NCBI GenBank assembly: GCA_964016885.1
Contig: OZ024744.1
Coordinates: 57,040,001 to 57,104,000 of the forward strand
Direction: 5' to 3'
DNA: 64,000 nucleotides
From: Eledone cirrhosa
Lineage: Eukaryota
Below, piece by piece: positions 1 through 12,116 of the stretch. Below the pieces are notes generated by a model. That model saw only the letters and a program-made list of their open reading frames with translations. It was not told where the DNA came from and ran no database searches. Each line of letters begins with the position of its first letter. Within the stretch, counting starts at the first letter, position 1. The translations under genes were made by a program, and so were the position numbers.

Positions 1-59
1 TTGATTCTTTTTTCTTTTTTTATTTATTTATTTATTTCTTTTTTTTTTATTTATTATAG

Positions 60-191
<132 letters not shown>

Positions 192-3100
192 TAAGATTTT
201 GTTTTCATATATATATACTGAATTCTTAACATCCTGTACTATATGAGACCACATTAGCAAGATATTACCTAAGAAACTTTCTTTGGGATGCAACCTTGGA
301 ATGCAGCCAGTTAAACCTACATAAGTGGTGAGAATTGTAAATTTTGTTTTTTTTTCATGACTGTATCACATTAAAAATTAAAATTGTCCACTAGTAGAGA
401 CACTCTAAACATTTGAATTAATAAACCTGTTTTTAGAAATTTTCTGCTCAATCATTAGAGGATGTTAAGAGTTAGTTCTAAAGAAATCATTTCCGTTGAG
501 TTATATTATGTAATTGCTGTAAACTGTTGGGTTTTATTTTTATACTTTTATTGTTGCTGTTTTCATATTTACTCAACTTAATGTTTGCATTTCTAATTGA
601 GCCAAATAAACAGCTATAACTAAGAATTAAACCCAAAATATTTGTTCACAGGCAGCATTTTTTTATGGCTGTAAATTTATGGCAAAGTTATTAAGACATT
701 GGAAAGAATATCTTGTGGTATATATTTTGGCTCTTGGGTGACTTTCCCTTTCATCCTTTTGGAGTCAATATCTGATGTATTAATGGAATTGTTAGAGCAC
801 CAGACAAGATGCCTTGTGGTATCTGTTCAGGTATTTTGAACTAAAATTGTGCCTTGGTATTCAAATTCCAATGATGGTCAGGTATAATTACTCAACCATG
901 GGACTACGTCTGATTATGAAAGCTACATCAGGTAGAGGAAGATGGTGGTTGATTGTTAAGTCAGATGATGATGATGTTGATGGCATTAATATTCATTCGT
1001 TAAAGACCAAAGTTTAGTATGTGGGATAGCAAACAGGACATTATCTAGCTGCTCCAGGGAAATAACAAATTCAGTATGCAGAAAGGTAAAGACTCACTAA
1101 CCATAGAAAGAAAACATTTAAGGACTACACTTCAACTAAGACATATTCAGCCATTAATCAACAGTAAAAACGTTTCTGTAATATATATGGTTTTTACCTT
1201 TCAAATTCTAAATCTCACCCTTAGCAGAGGAAAAAGAAAATATATCCTAAAATTTATAATCTGTCCTTTCAATTTCTAACAACTTTTAGAATGACCTCAA
1301 CTAAAGCTTATGTTTTTTCAAACTTTGACCATTGACCAATGCTAAAAAGTTCCAGGCATGAAAAAACAAGAGATCTTATATTCACACTTAGTGAGAAGAA
1401 AAAGAAAATATACTTTCACAACTTTTAGAATGACTTCAACTAAAGCGTATGGTTTTTCAAATTTTGACCATTAACTAATGCTGAAAAATTCCTGACATTA
1501 ATATACAAAACATCTTCATGAAAGAATTTATGTACAAAACACAGTTCAATTTTTATATACATTGATTGACTTTCCAATCATTTCCAATTATTATACTGAC
1601 TTAATGCTTTAAAAAACTGCTTTGAAACTCATTATAAATTAATACACTTTTAAAGCTGGGTCTGTTTGATCTTTAATAATACATCTAAAATTTTAAAAAT
1701 AATGGTGGCATGCAAATGCGATGTGTACACTATGGGAAAAAGACAAAGTGACTGCACTGTACCAACACTAAAAAAATAGCCAGTTTTGGGGTATTTATTT
1801 TCACTTTTTCTGGATTTCCAGAACTCTGATAAATGGTTTGGTACTTGTATAAATCTTTAGATTATATAATAGGAACCAGCTGTATGGTGGAAATTAATGT
1901 TAAGAAACAGTTAGACCAAAACTTCTGGAGAATGTTCATAGCTTAATCTGAATTAAAATGGATATAACTGTAGAAGGAAGTAATCATTGTAGTGTAAACC
2001 CTAATATTTAATGGATAGTGACGGTTCGTGGCCTAATGGTTATGGTGTTGGGTTTGATTCCTGCTGTGTTTTGCATAAATATTTAATTTCTAATTAATTA
2101 TATTGCCAAACAAATGCATATCATGCAAATTAGACTGACCATTTCAGTTATGTTCTATACATTGCTTGATATATATATATATATAGTGATGTGTATGATG
2201 AAAAAGAAGACGATTTAGAGTCGTATGACATAGATAGTAACTGGAATTTCTTACGTGACAACTTACTGCAGGCTACTGATGAAACTTGTGGCTGGAGCAG
2301 AGCTCCAGCCAGACAGAGAGTGACCTGGTGGTGGAACAGTACAGTAGATAAGGCCATTAGAGACAAAAGACTAGCATGGAATGCTTGGAAAAAGGGTGGG
2401 AGTAGAGAAGGATATACAGCCGCTAAGAGAGAAGCTAGATGTCGGGTGTACTTAGTACGCAGGGAGGCTGAGAGTAGGAGGTTTGTCAATGTTCTGCGAT
2501 GGGAAGATCAGAGGCATGCTGTGTTCCACATTGCAAGGCAGTGTGTCAATGCAAATCAGGATGTTGTTGGAGATAAATGTGCCTGGAATGATGCCGGTGT
2601 ACTTAGTGTCACGAATGATCAGAAAAAGGAGGCCTAGAAATGTCATTATGAGAGACTGATGAATTTGGAGAACGAATGGGAGAGAAAGAAATTACCCTCA
2701 GTATACCCGACAGAGGGACCAGCTATTGAGATTGATGAATATAGGGTCCAAAAGGTGATTAAGGAAATGAAAAATGATAAGGCTGCTGGACCGTCGGGAA
2801 TAGTTGCTGAGATGCTGAAGGCATCAGGGGACGTAGGCACTAAACTGGTTGCACGCATCATCAATCAGGCTATATGTGGTGGTGTCATACTTAAAGACTG
2901 GTGCAGCAGTATTCTCATAAATTGCTACAAAGGTAAAGGGGATGCTCTGGAGAGGAGCAATTACAGGGGCATAAAGTTGATGGATCAGGTTATGAAAGTG
3001 GCAGAAAGGATATTAGCACAACTAATTAGAGAAAGGGTCAAACTAGATGAGATGCAGTTTGGTTTTGTGCCTGGGAAAAGTACAACAGATGCCCTCTTCT

Positions 3101-3246
3101 TGGTGAGACAATTACAAGAGAGGTTCTTAGAGAAGAATAAGCCACTATACTTAGCTTTTGTTGACCTAGAGAAGGCCTTTGATAGGGTACCCCGATCTGT
3201 CATCTGGTGGTCCCTTAGGAAACTAGGTGTTGAGGAATGGCTTGTG

Positions 3247-3714
3247 AAGACAGTGCAAACTTTGTACAGAGGTGCTGTCAGTAAAGTGAGGGTAGGAATG
3301 GAGTTTAGTGAGGAATTCCAGATACAAGTAGGAGTACATCAAGGTTCGGTCCTCAGCCCGCTCTTGTTCATTATAGTCCTCCAAGCCATAACAGAAGAGT
3401 TTAAGACAGTGCAAACTTTGTACAGAGGTGCTGTCAGTAAAGTGAGGGTAGGAATGGAGTTTAGTGAGGAATTCCAGATACAAGTAGGAGTACATCAAGG
3501 TTCGGTCCTCAGCCCGCTCTTGTTCATTATAGTCCTCCAAGCCATAACAGAAGAGTTTAAGACAGTGCAAACTTTGTACAGAGGTGCTGTCAGTAAAGTG
3601 AGGGTAGGAATGGAGTTTAGTGAGGAATTCCAGATACAAGTAGGAGTACATCAAGGTTCGGTCCTCAGCCCGCTCTTGTTCATTATAGTCCTCCAAGCCA
3701 TAACAGAAGAGTTT
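3247..3714 (+). repeat. Perfect 156-bp x3 tandem repeat inside the RTE RT coding region
   Basis: AAGAC recurs at 3247, 3403, 3559 and 3715; the 52-aa unit KTVQTL...ITEEF appears three times in ORF 2659..3828. Confidence 0.97.
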
Positions 3715-3740
3715 AAGACTGGCAGTCCATGGGAACTTCT

Positions 3741-3890
3741 GATAATAATAATAATAATAATAATAATGAAATTGTGTAAAGTGCTCAGGTGCACTACAAC
3801 TCGTCAAAGGTGTATGTATAGTACATAGAATAATACACAAATGTCAGGGAAGTGAATAGTGTATGAGTCATGGTATACATGTGTGTATAT
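3741..3890 (-). mobile_element. CR1 3' UTR plus (ATT)n tail fragment
   Basis: Reverse complement of the CR1 tails at about 9940-10073 and 15620-15718. Confidence 0.9.
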
Positions 3891-4389
3891 ATATATATAC
3901 AAATGTTGTTTTTTTCCCACTCAAAATATTTTTTTAAGGGTGCTTCTTAAATAGCGAAAAACACGGTGGTTATAAAGACAAAGGAACTGGTTCCCTTTTA
4001 CAAACATCAACAAAGTATGTATATTCTTATGTGAACAGTGTACCAAAATATTTTCTGGCATCGTAAGAATAGGTTTCAACAGCATCCATACATATTTTCT
4101 GGTAAAAATAATAGTTTTCATTCCTTTGAAGATATAAACGGCAAGCAATGCTTGTATGATATGAATCTGTGTGTATATATATATATATATATATACACTC
4201 ATATATATATATATACACTCATATATATATATATACACATATATATATATTCTACATCCGTCCTTCCACACCGGCATGGGCTGACGTGTATATATATATA
4301 TATATACATACACACACACACGCATATATATACACACACGTCAACCCACGCCAGTATGAAGAAACGGATGTAAAACGATGATGATGAAT

Positions 4390-4855
4390 ATACACACATG
4401 CACATATATATATACATATATATATATGTATATATATATATACATATATACGTATATATATATACACATATATGTATATATATATACACATATATATGTA
4501 TATATATATATATACATATATATGTATATATATACACATGTATATATATATACACATGTATATATATATACACATGTATATATATATACATGTATACATA
4601 CATACATGCATATATACACATGTATATATATATATACATGTATATATATATACAGGTATATATATATACATGTATATATACATGTATATATATATACATG
4701 TATATATACATATATATATATACATGTATACATATATATACATATATATGTATACATATATATGTATATATATATATATGTATACATATATATATGTATA
4801 TATATATACACATGTATATATATATATGCATATATATATATACATATATATGTAC

Positions 4856-4862
<7 letters not shown>
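4390..4862. repeat. TA/CA/TG compound microsatellite
   Basis: Low-complexity sequence that produces the Y/I/H/T pseudo-ORFs. Confidence 0.97.
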
Positions 4863-4886
<24 letters not shown>

Positions 4887-6048
4887 AATTATTCTCTATG
4901 CTGACGATCTGGTTCTTATAGCAGAATCAGTAGAGGAGCTAGAGAATAAATTCTGGCTATGGAAACAGCAGTTGGAATTAAGAGGACTGAGAGTGAACAT
5001 AGCTAAGACAAAAGTGTTGATGAGTAGAAAAGAGGACAAAACCCTGATTCCGCCAGGGAAATGGCCATGTTCGATATGCAGAAAAGGAACTGGCATAAAT
5101 TCTATAAAATGCATACAATGCAGATCCTGGGTACACAAGAGATGTAGTGGGATAGCAGGTAAACTAACAAGTAGGGAGAAATACGTATGCAGTAGATGTA
5201 CATGGAAATTAGACAGTAGAAGTCGCATTGATAGACACATTTATCAAATGCAGGCGGGTGCTTTAGATGTGGTGGATAGCTTCCGGTACCTAGGAAATCA
5301 GATTAGCATGGGAGGGGGGGGGGTCCGAGCCCATAGTATCTAGAATAAGAACGGGTTGGAAGAAGTTTAGGGAGCTGCTTCCTCTGCTGACGAAGAAGGG
5401 TTTCTCCCTGCGTACGAAACGCTGGTTATATGATGTCTGTGTGAGGAGCACGATGCTGCATAGTAGTGAGACATGGGCAGCAACTGCAGTGGATATGCGA
5501 CGGCTGGAAAGAAATGAGGCAAGCATGCTCCGTTGGATGTGCAATGTCAATGTGCGTGAATGACGCAACATGGATGTGTTGAGAGAGAAACTGTGTCTGC
5601 CAGGGATAGAATGTAGTGTGCGAGAGATGAGACTGCGGTGGTATGGACATGTGATGCGCATGGAGGATGACCGATGGGTGAAGAAGTGCCAGGAAATGCC
5701 TGTTGAAGGAAGACGTGGCAGAGGTAGACCTCAAAAAACATGGGCGGAGGTGGTGAGAACAGACCTCAGATTGCTGAAGCTCACGGTGGAGATGATGAAG
5801 GACCACGACAAGTGGGAGATGCTGTGCTGAATAAGACCCCTCCCGCCCTTGCAAGCAGGGAAAAGCGGACGTAAAATGATGATGATGCTATAAAAATCTC
5901 AGTGGGCAAAATCATATTTACTGATGAGGCAACATCAATCTCGGTAATGTTTAAAGGTAATCTTGAATGTTTTTTTCTGTGTATTATTATATCGGAGAGT
6001 ATGGTTTCTAATTAAAAATACTGTAATTATATATGTTTATTAAATCTA

Positions 6049-6714
6049 CTGTATATACTCATATATAAGCCGAGAAATGTGGTGGTGGTGGTGGTGGGGG
6101 AGGGGGGGGTGTCGATGGTAAAATGGTGGGGGATCAGCCTATATTCGAGGGCAATATTTTGCTGATTTTCACCATCTACAAATTCTACATAAATGAGGAG
6201 CTAAAATATTTTCGCTTTGGAGGTGAATATTACACCGGTTTTGCTTTGGAGGTGAATATTACACTGGTTTCGCTTTGGAGGTGAATATTACACTGGTTTC
6301 GCTTTGGAGGTGAATATTACACTGGTTTCACTTTGGAGGTGAATATTACACTGGTTTTGCTTTGGAGGTGAATATTACACTGGTTTTGCTTTGGAGGTGA
6401 ATATTACACCGGTTTTGCTTTGGAGGTGAAATTTGTTTTTTTTCTAGTGTTTATGTATTTCGAATGAATATGACTTTCAAAGCAGTAATTGAGTTGTGAA
6501 ACAAAAACTACACTTTGAACAAAACTTAAAACATTTTAAATATCAAAATATTAAAACTTCCTAAATGTATTCTCCACCCATAAGAATTTCAAAACTACAC
6601 CATTTAAACATATTGTGTTGATTAGCCTTGACTTATACACAGGAATTTGATTTTTTTTACCCCCCATTTCTTAGACATAAAATTGGCGGTCGACTTATAT
6701 TTGAGTATGTATGG
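6049..6714. mobile_element. Non-autonomous Tc1/mariner/pogo-type element (TA TSD), copy 1
   Basis: TA-CTGTATATACTCATATATAAGCCGA ... TCGACTTATATTTGAGTATGTATGG-TA imperfect TIRs; a related copy lies in opposite orientation at 25849-26573. Confidence 0.75.
6206..6430. repeat. 29-bp minisatellite, about 7.5 copies
   Basis: GCTTTGGAGGTGAATATTACAC(C/T)GGTTT(T/C) units start at 6214, 6243, 6272, 6301, 6330, 6359, 6388 and 6417. Confidence 0.95.
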
Positions 6715-6792
6715 TATTTTAAATCTACCAATATATGCTGTGTTCAGAATAAATATATATCATGAAATAACATTTATATGATGTTGTTTTAG

Positions 6793-6852
6793 GTTCATTT
6801 ATGAAACAGAACATCATAATGGTATAGCTGAATTATTAGAAATCTTGGGCAG
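6793..6852 (+). CDS. PPP2R5D: PP2A B56 (gamma/delta-like) exon: (R)[19 protein letters not shown](S)
   Basis: tttag/ acceptor and /gtaag donor; peptide matches the B56 HEAT core; phase is compatible with the next exon. Confidence 0.95.
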
Positions 6853-8626
6853 GTAAGTTTGATGTTATATTCTTGGTTGCTTTTATATTTTGTTTTATTT
6901 TTCCTAAACAATTTGTTCTATTATTTTAATGTCCATTTTTTTTTCCTGTGTTGTTTTAGTTGGCACAGATCTGGGAAATCACAATAGCTTATAATTATGG
7001 TTCTACAAATTCTGAGAACTGTCTTGTCATCTTCCTTGGTCGTTCATTGTCAGCATATATTTCTTTGAAAGAAAAAAAAAATTAAAATGCATCCTAGTAT
7101 CCCAGTATTCTCTGCAAGGTGTTTGGTAATAGGAAAAGCATCCAGTTGTAGAAATCTTGCCTAAACTGGAACATATATAAGCAAGATGTGCCCCAAGCCA
7201 GTGTAGGAGGACAGTAGCTCTGATTACATTCCTGCTTGGTCTGTAACAACTCATTCAATCTATGCTGCTGATGATAGAGGAGGAGGAGAAGGAATTTAAA
7301 TATCTAGTGGTTTGAAGAGAAAGGTCTTCAATCTTAATACCAACATGATCTTTACTTTACTATATAGTGTTGGGTAATTGGCAAAAGCAATAGCAAAGCA
7401 GTATGACTGAAATAACATTGAATAACTAATCACTGTCACTCAGAGAGGTTAGAAACCATTGTTAAAATTTTAACTAATTATGTAAATTAGCCCATATTAA
7501 TGAACATCTTGACAAATGGTAAAGTTCTGATTTCTTGCAGAGATTACCATCTACCAAAAACTCCCTAAACTATTAAAAGCATTTAATTTCTGGTAAATAT
7601 ACCATGAATAACCAGGATTGTCAATGTCATGACCATCTTTGTTACCCATCTGCTCATAAAACCCATAAAAATCACTAAAAACAGTGAAACAATCCCAAAT
7701 CCTACCAAGAAATTTCTGTAAATGTCTGCTAACCATAAGATGTGATACACAACAGAAATAGTTTGTTTGGAAGATACTAGCCTATGAAGAAGAGAGTTAC
7801 AATTCTAGGCTTATATCTTGGTTGTGTAGTGTTTTAGGTTAGATTATTGCAGCTTTCAGTATGAATGTTCTTAATTTGAAAATTAGTGCCAATCATACAT
7901 ATTAAAGTGTGGTACTATTGGCTTTTAGAAATGTATCTTAACAGGAAACCTCAGTTATCCTTACTAAAGGTAGTGAATTGTTCCGACTATTTATGTTCCG
8001 ACTTCAAATCCCATTCAGATCAACTTTGCCTTTCATTCTTCCAGGGTTGATAAAATAAAATACCAGTTAAGTATCGACTTTCCCTTTCCCCTCACCTTGT
8101 GCTTTAATTAGAAATCATTATTTATTCAAGTCAGTTTAGAAACATAAGGAATTGTTTTCTTTCTTTTCATTCTTTTATAACAGTGAAATTACACAGTAAA
8201 TTTTATTTGGAAGCTTATGTTTAGAACTTATGTCTATTGTTTGAAACTTTGCTGAGCATTTATTAATAAATTAAAAAAAAATTTTTCATTGCTAAAACCT
8301 TGTAAATGTAAAGTTAGAGTTGGCCTACATTTTAAATAATGCAATTTTGAACATACATGGTTGGAAAATATATTAAAAAAATATTTTAAAAAGCTATAAA
8401 ATGTCACCTTCCACATGAAATTGCATTACCTAATAATGTAAGAGAGAAAGCTATAACCCTACTGCCGAGTTTCTCTATCTCTAGACAACCTGATGTACTT
8501 TTTTTTTAAAGGATCTTGAATAACACTGGGAGTAAGTTGATTGTATTTTGTTTTTTCCTAAATGATAAAGTATATTTTGTGTTTGAACTATTTTTAAGAA
8601 TGTAAAATGTTTTGTTTTTATTCTAA

Positions 8627-8812
<186 letters not shown>

Positions 8813-8914
8813 TGATTGTATTTTCTAAGAGAAATTGTATGAATTATAATAGAACTGTCTAAATTACTGCAACTATTTGCATTTTAAATAAAAAAAAAAT
8901 TATTTTTATTTCAG

Positions 8915-8965
8915 GTGATAATGACTTTATTGAAATTTTGGCCCAAAGTTCACAGCCCAAAAGAA
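8915..8965 (+). CDS. PPP2R5D: PP2A B56 exon: VIMTLLKFWPKVHSPKE
   Basis: tttcag/ and /gtaagt; 51 nt, phase 0-0. Confidence 0.96.
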
Positions 8966-9691
8966 GTAAGTCATCTTTATTGATTGTTTATTGTATTTGA
9001 AATTGTGTTTACTTTCAAATATACCCTAAAGATTTATTATTGTATTAACAACAGGTTTTCTTAGACTTAGTGTATCAGTTATTCATTTCTATTATATAAG
9101 ATGGAAGCCAGGTATACTAGCTGACTATGGTTTAGGTAGCATTTTTCAGAGAACGAAGTACAGCCAGGTATTTTAATGATGTTGAGAAAGGAGGAGAGAA
9201 GGTAGCAATCTTGTTTTCAGTGCTCAGATTGTTATAGATGAGTTCCTGATACTCAATTGGGAGCAAGAGGAACTTCGATTAAAGCTGTCATGATGGTATC
9301 AAGACATATAGAATGCCAAAGGAAAGCAGCCATGTGGCTCTGGGTTCACTCCTATTGCATATCATCTTGAGCGAGTGACTAACCTTGAGGTGACCAATGC
9401 TTCTATATTGTTGGTCAACTTGCTTAAAATAGCATCCACATCATTTTCAGATTACACTCCATCTTAAAAATATATAAATATATAAATTTTATTTATTTCA
9501 CCATAATAGAAATATTTAATTTGTATTATTATTAGTAGTTTTTGTTCTAGTGCTTTACATTCTGAGTTCAAATCCTGCTTTTGCCTTTGATCTTTTGAAG
9601 ATCAATAAAATAAAGCACCAGTAACGCACTGAGGATCGATTTAGTCGACTTTCCCCTTCCCTTCAAATTGCTGGCCTTGCCCCAAATATAT

Positions 9692-10073
9692 CTTGCCAAC
9701 AACAACCCTGAGTACCTTTTTGATTTCCATGTGTCTAACACACGTGGGCATGCCCACAAGGTAAGAAAACAGTACAGTTCCCATGACTTTCGGAAACATT
9801 TTTTCACGCTCAGAGTTGCTGAAGCATGGAACAAACTACCTGCATCGGTTGTTAGCTGTCGAGACACTGCATCCTTTAAGGCCTCCATGCTTCCCGAGAT
9901 CCGCCAACACTACAGCTAATGTTCCCCCTCCATACACATACACACATGTATACCATGACTCATACACTATTCACTTCCCTGACATTTGTGTATTATTCTA
10001 TGTACTATACATGCACCTTTGACGAGTTGTAGTGTACCTGAGCACTTTACACAATAATTTCATTATTATTATT
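9692..10073 (+). mobile_element. CR1 3' fragment (ORF2 C-terminus, 3' UTR, ATT tail) abutting a SINE
   Basis: Near-identical to 15381-15718; encodes ANNNPEYLFDFHVSNTRGHAHK...RQHYS*. Confidence 0.93.
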
Positions 10074-10173
10074 ATATATACATACATATACACATATGTA
10101 TACATACATATATATATATAGTAGCATGGAATCGTGATATTTGAAAATATCTTTAAATTTGTTTCTATTACAG

Positions 10174-10293
10174 GTCATGTTTCTGAATGAATTGGAAGAG
10201 ATATTGGATGTAATAGAGCCTGGAGAATTTGTCAAAGTTGTTCAACCATTATTTCGACAATTGTCAAAATGTGTTTCTAGTCCTCATTTTCAG
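10174..10293 (+). CDS. PPP2R5D: PP2A B56 exon: [40 protein letters not shown]
   Basis: tacag/ and /gttagt; 120 nt; conserved SSPHFQ. Confidence 0.97.
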
Positions 10294-10415
10294 GTTAGTA
10301 GTAATAATAATCGTAATATATTTTCTTAATACAAATTTGTTATAAAGAAATTGTGATTTACATTTGCTGAATTTTATTGTGTGTATATATGTATATATTT
10401 TTAACTTTTGTCTAG

Positions 10416-10540
10416 GTTGCTGAAAGAGCCTTGTATTTTTGGAACAATGAGTACATTTTAAGTTTGATTAATGAAAATGTGGCTGTTATTCTCCCTATTA
10501 TGTTTCCAGCACTTTATATGAGTAAAGAACATTGGAATAA
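10416..10540 (+). CDS. PPP2R5D: PP2A B56 exon: [41 protein letters not shown](K)
   Basis: tctag/ and /gtaagt; 125 nt; conserved VAERAL..WNNEY. Confidence 0.97.
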
Positions 10541-10887
10541 GTAAGTTGCAGCAATTTTTTTCCCATTCTTTTCATCACCATATTTCGAATATGTTTCAAA
10601 TCACGTTGAAAATAATAGAAGGATTTGCTGGATTTTTTTTAAACTGCCAAGATTTCACATCGATTAAGCATTTTTTTTTTTTTTTCAATATTATAACATT
10701 CATGTAGTACTTTATCTCTTAATGATTTGCACCAGATGAAACTGCATTGCTTGAAAAGTATAAAGCAGAATTAAGACTGCATCATATTAAAAATTATAGT
10801 CTTTACCTAGGTTTGCTACAAATGTTCACAAAAATTCAAATTAACAAACTAGTTTTTTTATATTTTCTGTTAAATCATTAGAAGATA

Positions 10888-10998
10888 ATGTGGTATTTTA
10901 GTGGCTCTTTCCATGTGGTATTTTAGTGGCTCTTTCCATGTGGTACTTTAGTGGTTAGCTTTCCATATGGTGCTTTAGTGGCTAGCTTTCCATGTGGT
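10888..10998. repeat. 25-27-bp tandem repeat, about 4 copies
   Basis: ATGTGGTATTTTAGTGGCTCTTTCC-like units. Confidence 0.85.
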
Positions 10999-12116
10999 GC
11001 GTGGTACTATTCATCTGATTATCTCCCTTGAAACTTGGTACTGTATCAGATTGATCAATTTATTTGGAGAACCAAAGTTTGGCTGGTTTTATTGTAGCAT
11101 TTTTATCTGCTGCACTGTTAGAAAAATTGTTCAATAGAAACCTGTATTATAGGTTATGACTGTATTATAGGTTATGACTGCAAATTGGTCATTAAATATA
11201 ATAATAAATATCATAGAAATATTGAAATGTTACTAAAGAAATATTTAATTACATTAACACAAGCATTTTATGGCCATTTTCTCTGCAAAAGTAGGGGGTT
11301 AACTCTGCAAGGCCCATGATAAGGGCTCCTTTATGAGGCACTGTATTACAGCTGGGTACCTTTCCTGACACTAACCCATATGCAATAATATGTATGATGT
11401 ACCTTTTATTCTAAACTGGACATACACTGTTTTAGAACTATTTAATTATCTTGATGTATTTTCAGTAAAATACCATAACACCTTTGAAATGGGCATTTTA
11501 CCTGAAGTACATTAGGACTACATATATATTTCTCAGGTAGCATTTCAATATTTTTGTTATTTAAAGGGTAGAGAGGATTCTCTAATGTGACCAAGCATAT
11601 GACAACTTCACTTATACTGGTGCCTTGATAAAATAGAACCAGTACACTTTGTAAAATGATAGTGCTAGTGTCATAAGATGCATCCTGTACACTCTGTAAA
11701 GTGTTGTGAAGGTGCTGTGATAAAATACACCGACTACAGTTTGTAAAGTGTTAGTGCTTGTGTCATGATAAAACACACCCAGTACACTTTGTAAGGTGTT
11801 AATGCAGGTCCCATGCTAAAATGTAAAATGCACCCATTGCACTCTGTAAAGTGGTCGGTGTTAGGAAGAGCATCCATAGAGAATATGAGCATTTCAAGGT
11901 CTCTTCAACCCGATGAAGATTTGTTCAGACTTTATTGCTATAACCTTATGTAAATGACTTTTTCCTACATATTCTACAATACGTTAAGCAAACAACACCT
12001 TTTTATCTTGGAATAGATTTATAACAGCAATTTCTATCAACAAAATTTAGACATCATCATCATCTTCCTCACCCGTTACTTTTCAACAACAACAACCGAC
12101 GTCTGTGTCTTCTACC

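Larger units (their letters stand above)
2191..5887 (+). mobile_element. 5'-truncated, disrupted RTE-clade LINE (RT region, PHD-like finger, 3' tail)
   Basis: Motifs KAAGPSG, KGKGD..NYRGI, QFGF, AFVDLEKAFD, GVHQGSVLSP, YADD, RLRWYGHVMR, RGRGRP..TW, ending GGACGTAAAATGATGATGATG. Lesions: TAG at 2635-2637, 156-bp triplication, insertion 3741-4891, frameshift at the G-run near 5314-5323, TGA near 5561. Confidence 0.93.

Noticed and set aside
1226-1500. Diverged duplication of roughly 140 bp
   Set aside because: Real but ordinary old local duplication with no functional signal.
6206-6430. 29-bp repeats of CRISPR-like length (also the 32-bp array at 42533-42765)
   Set aside because: Head-to-tail units with no unique spacers, no cas genes, and a eukaryotic intron context.
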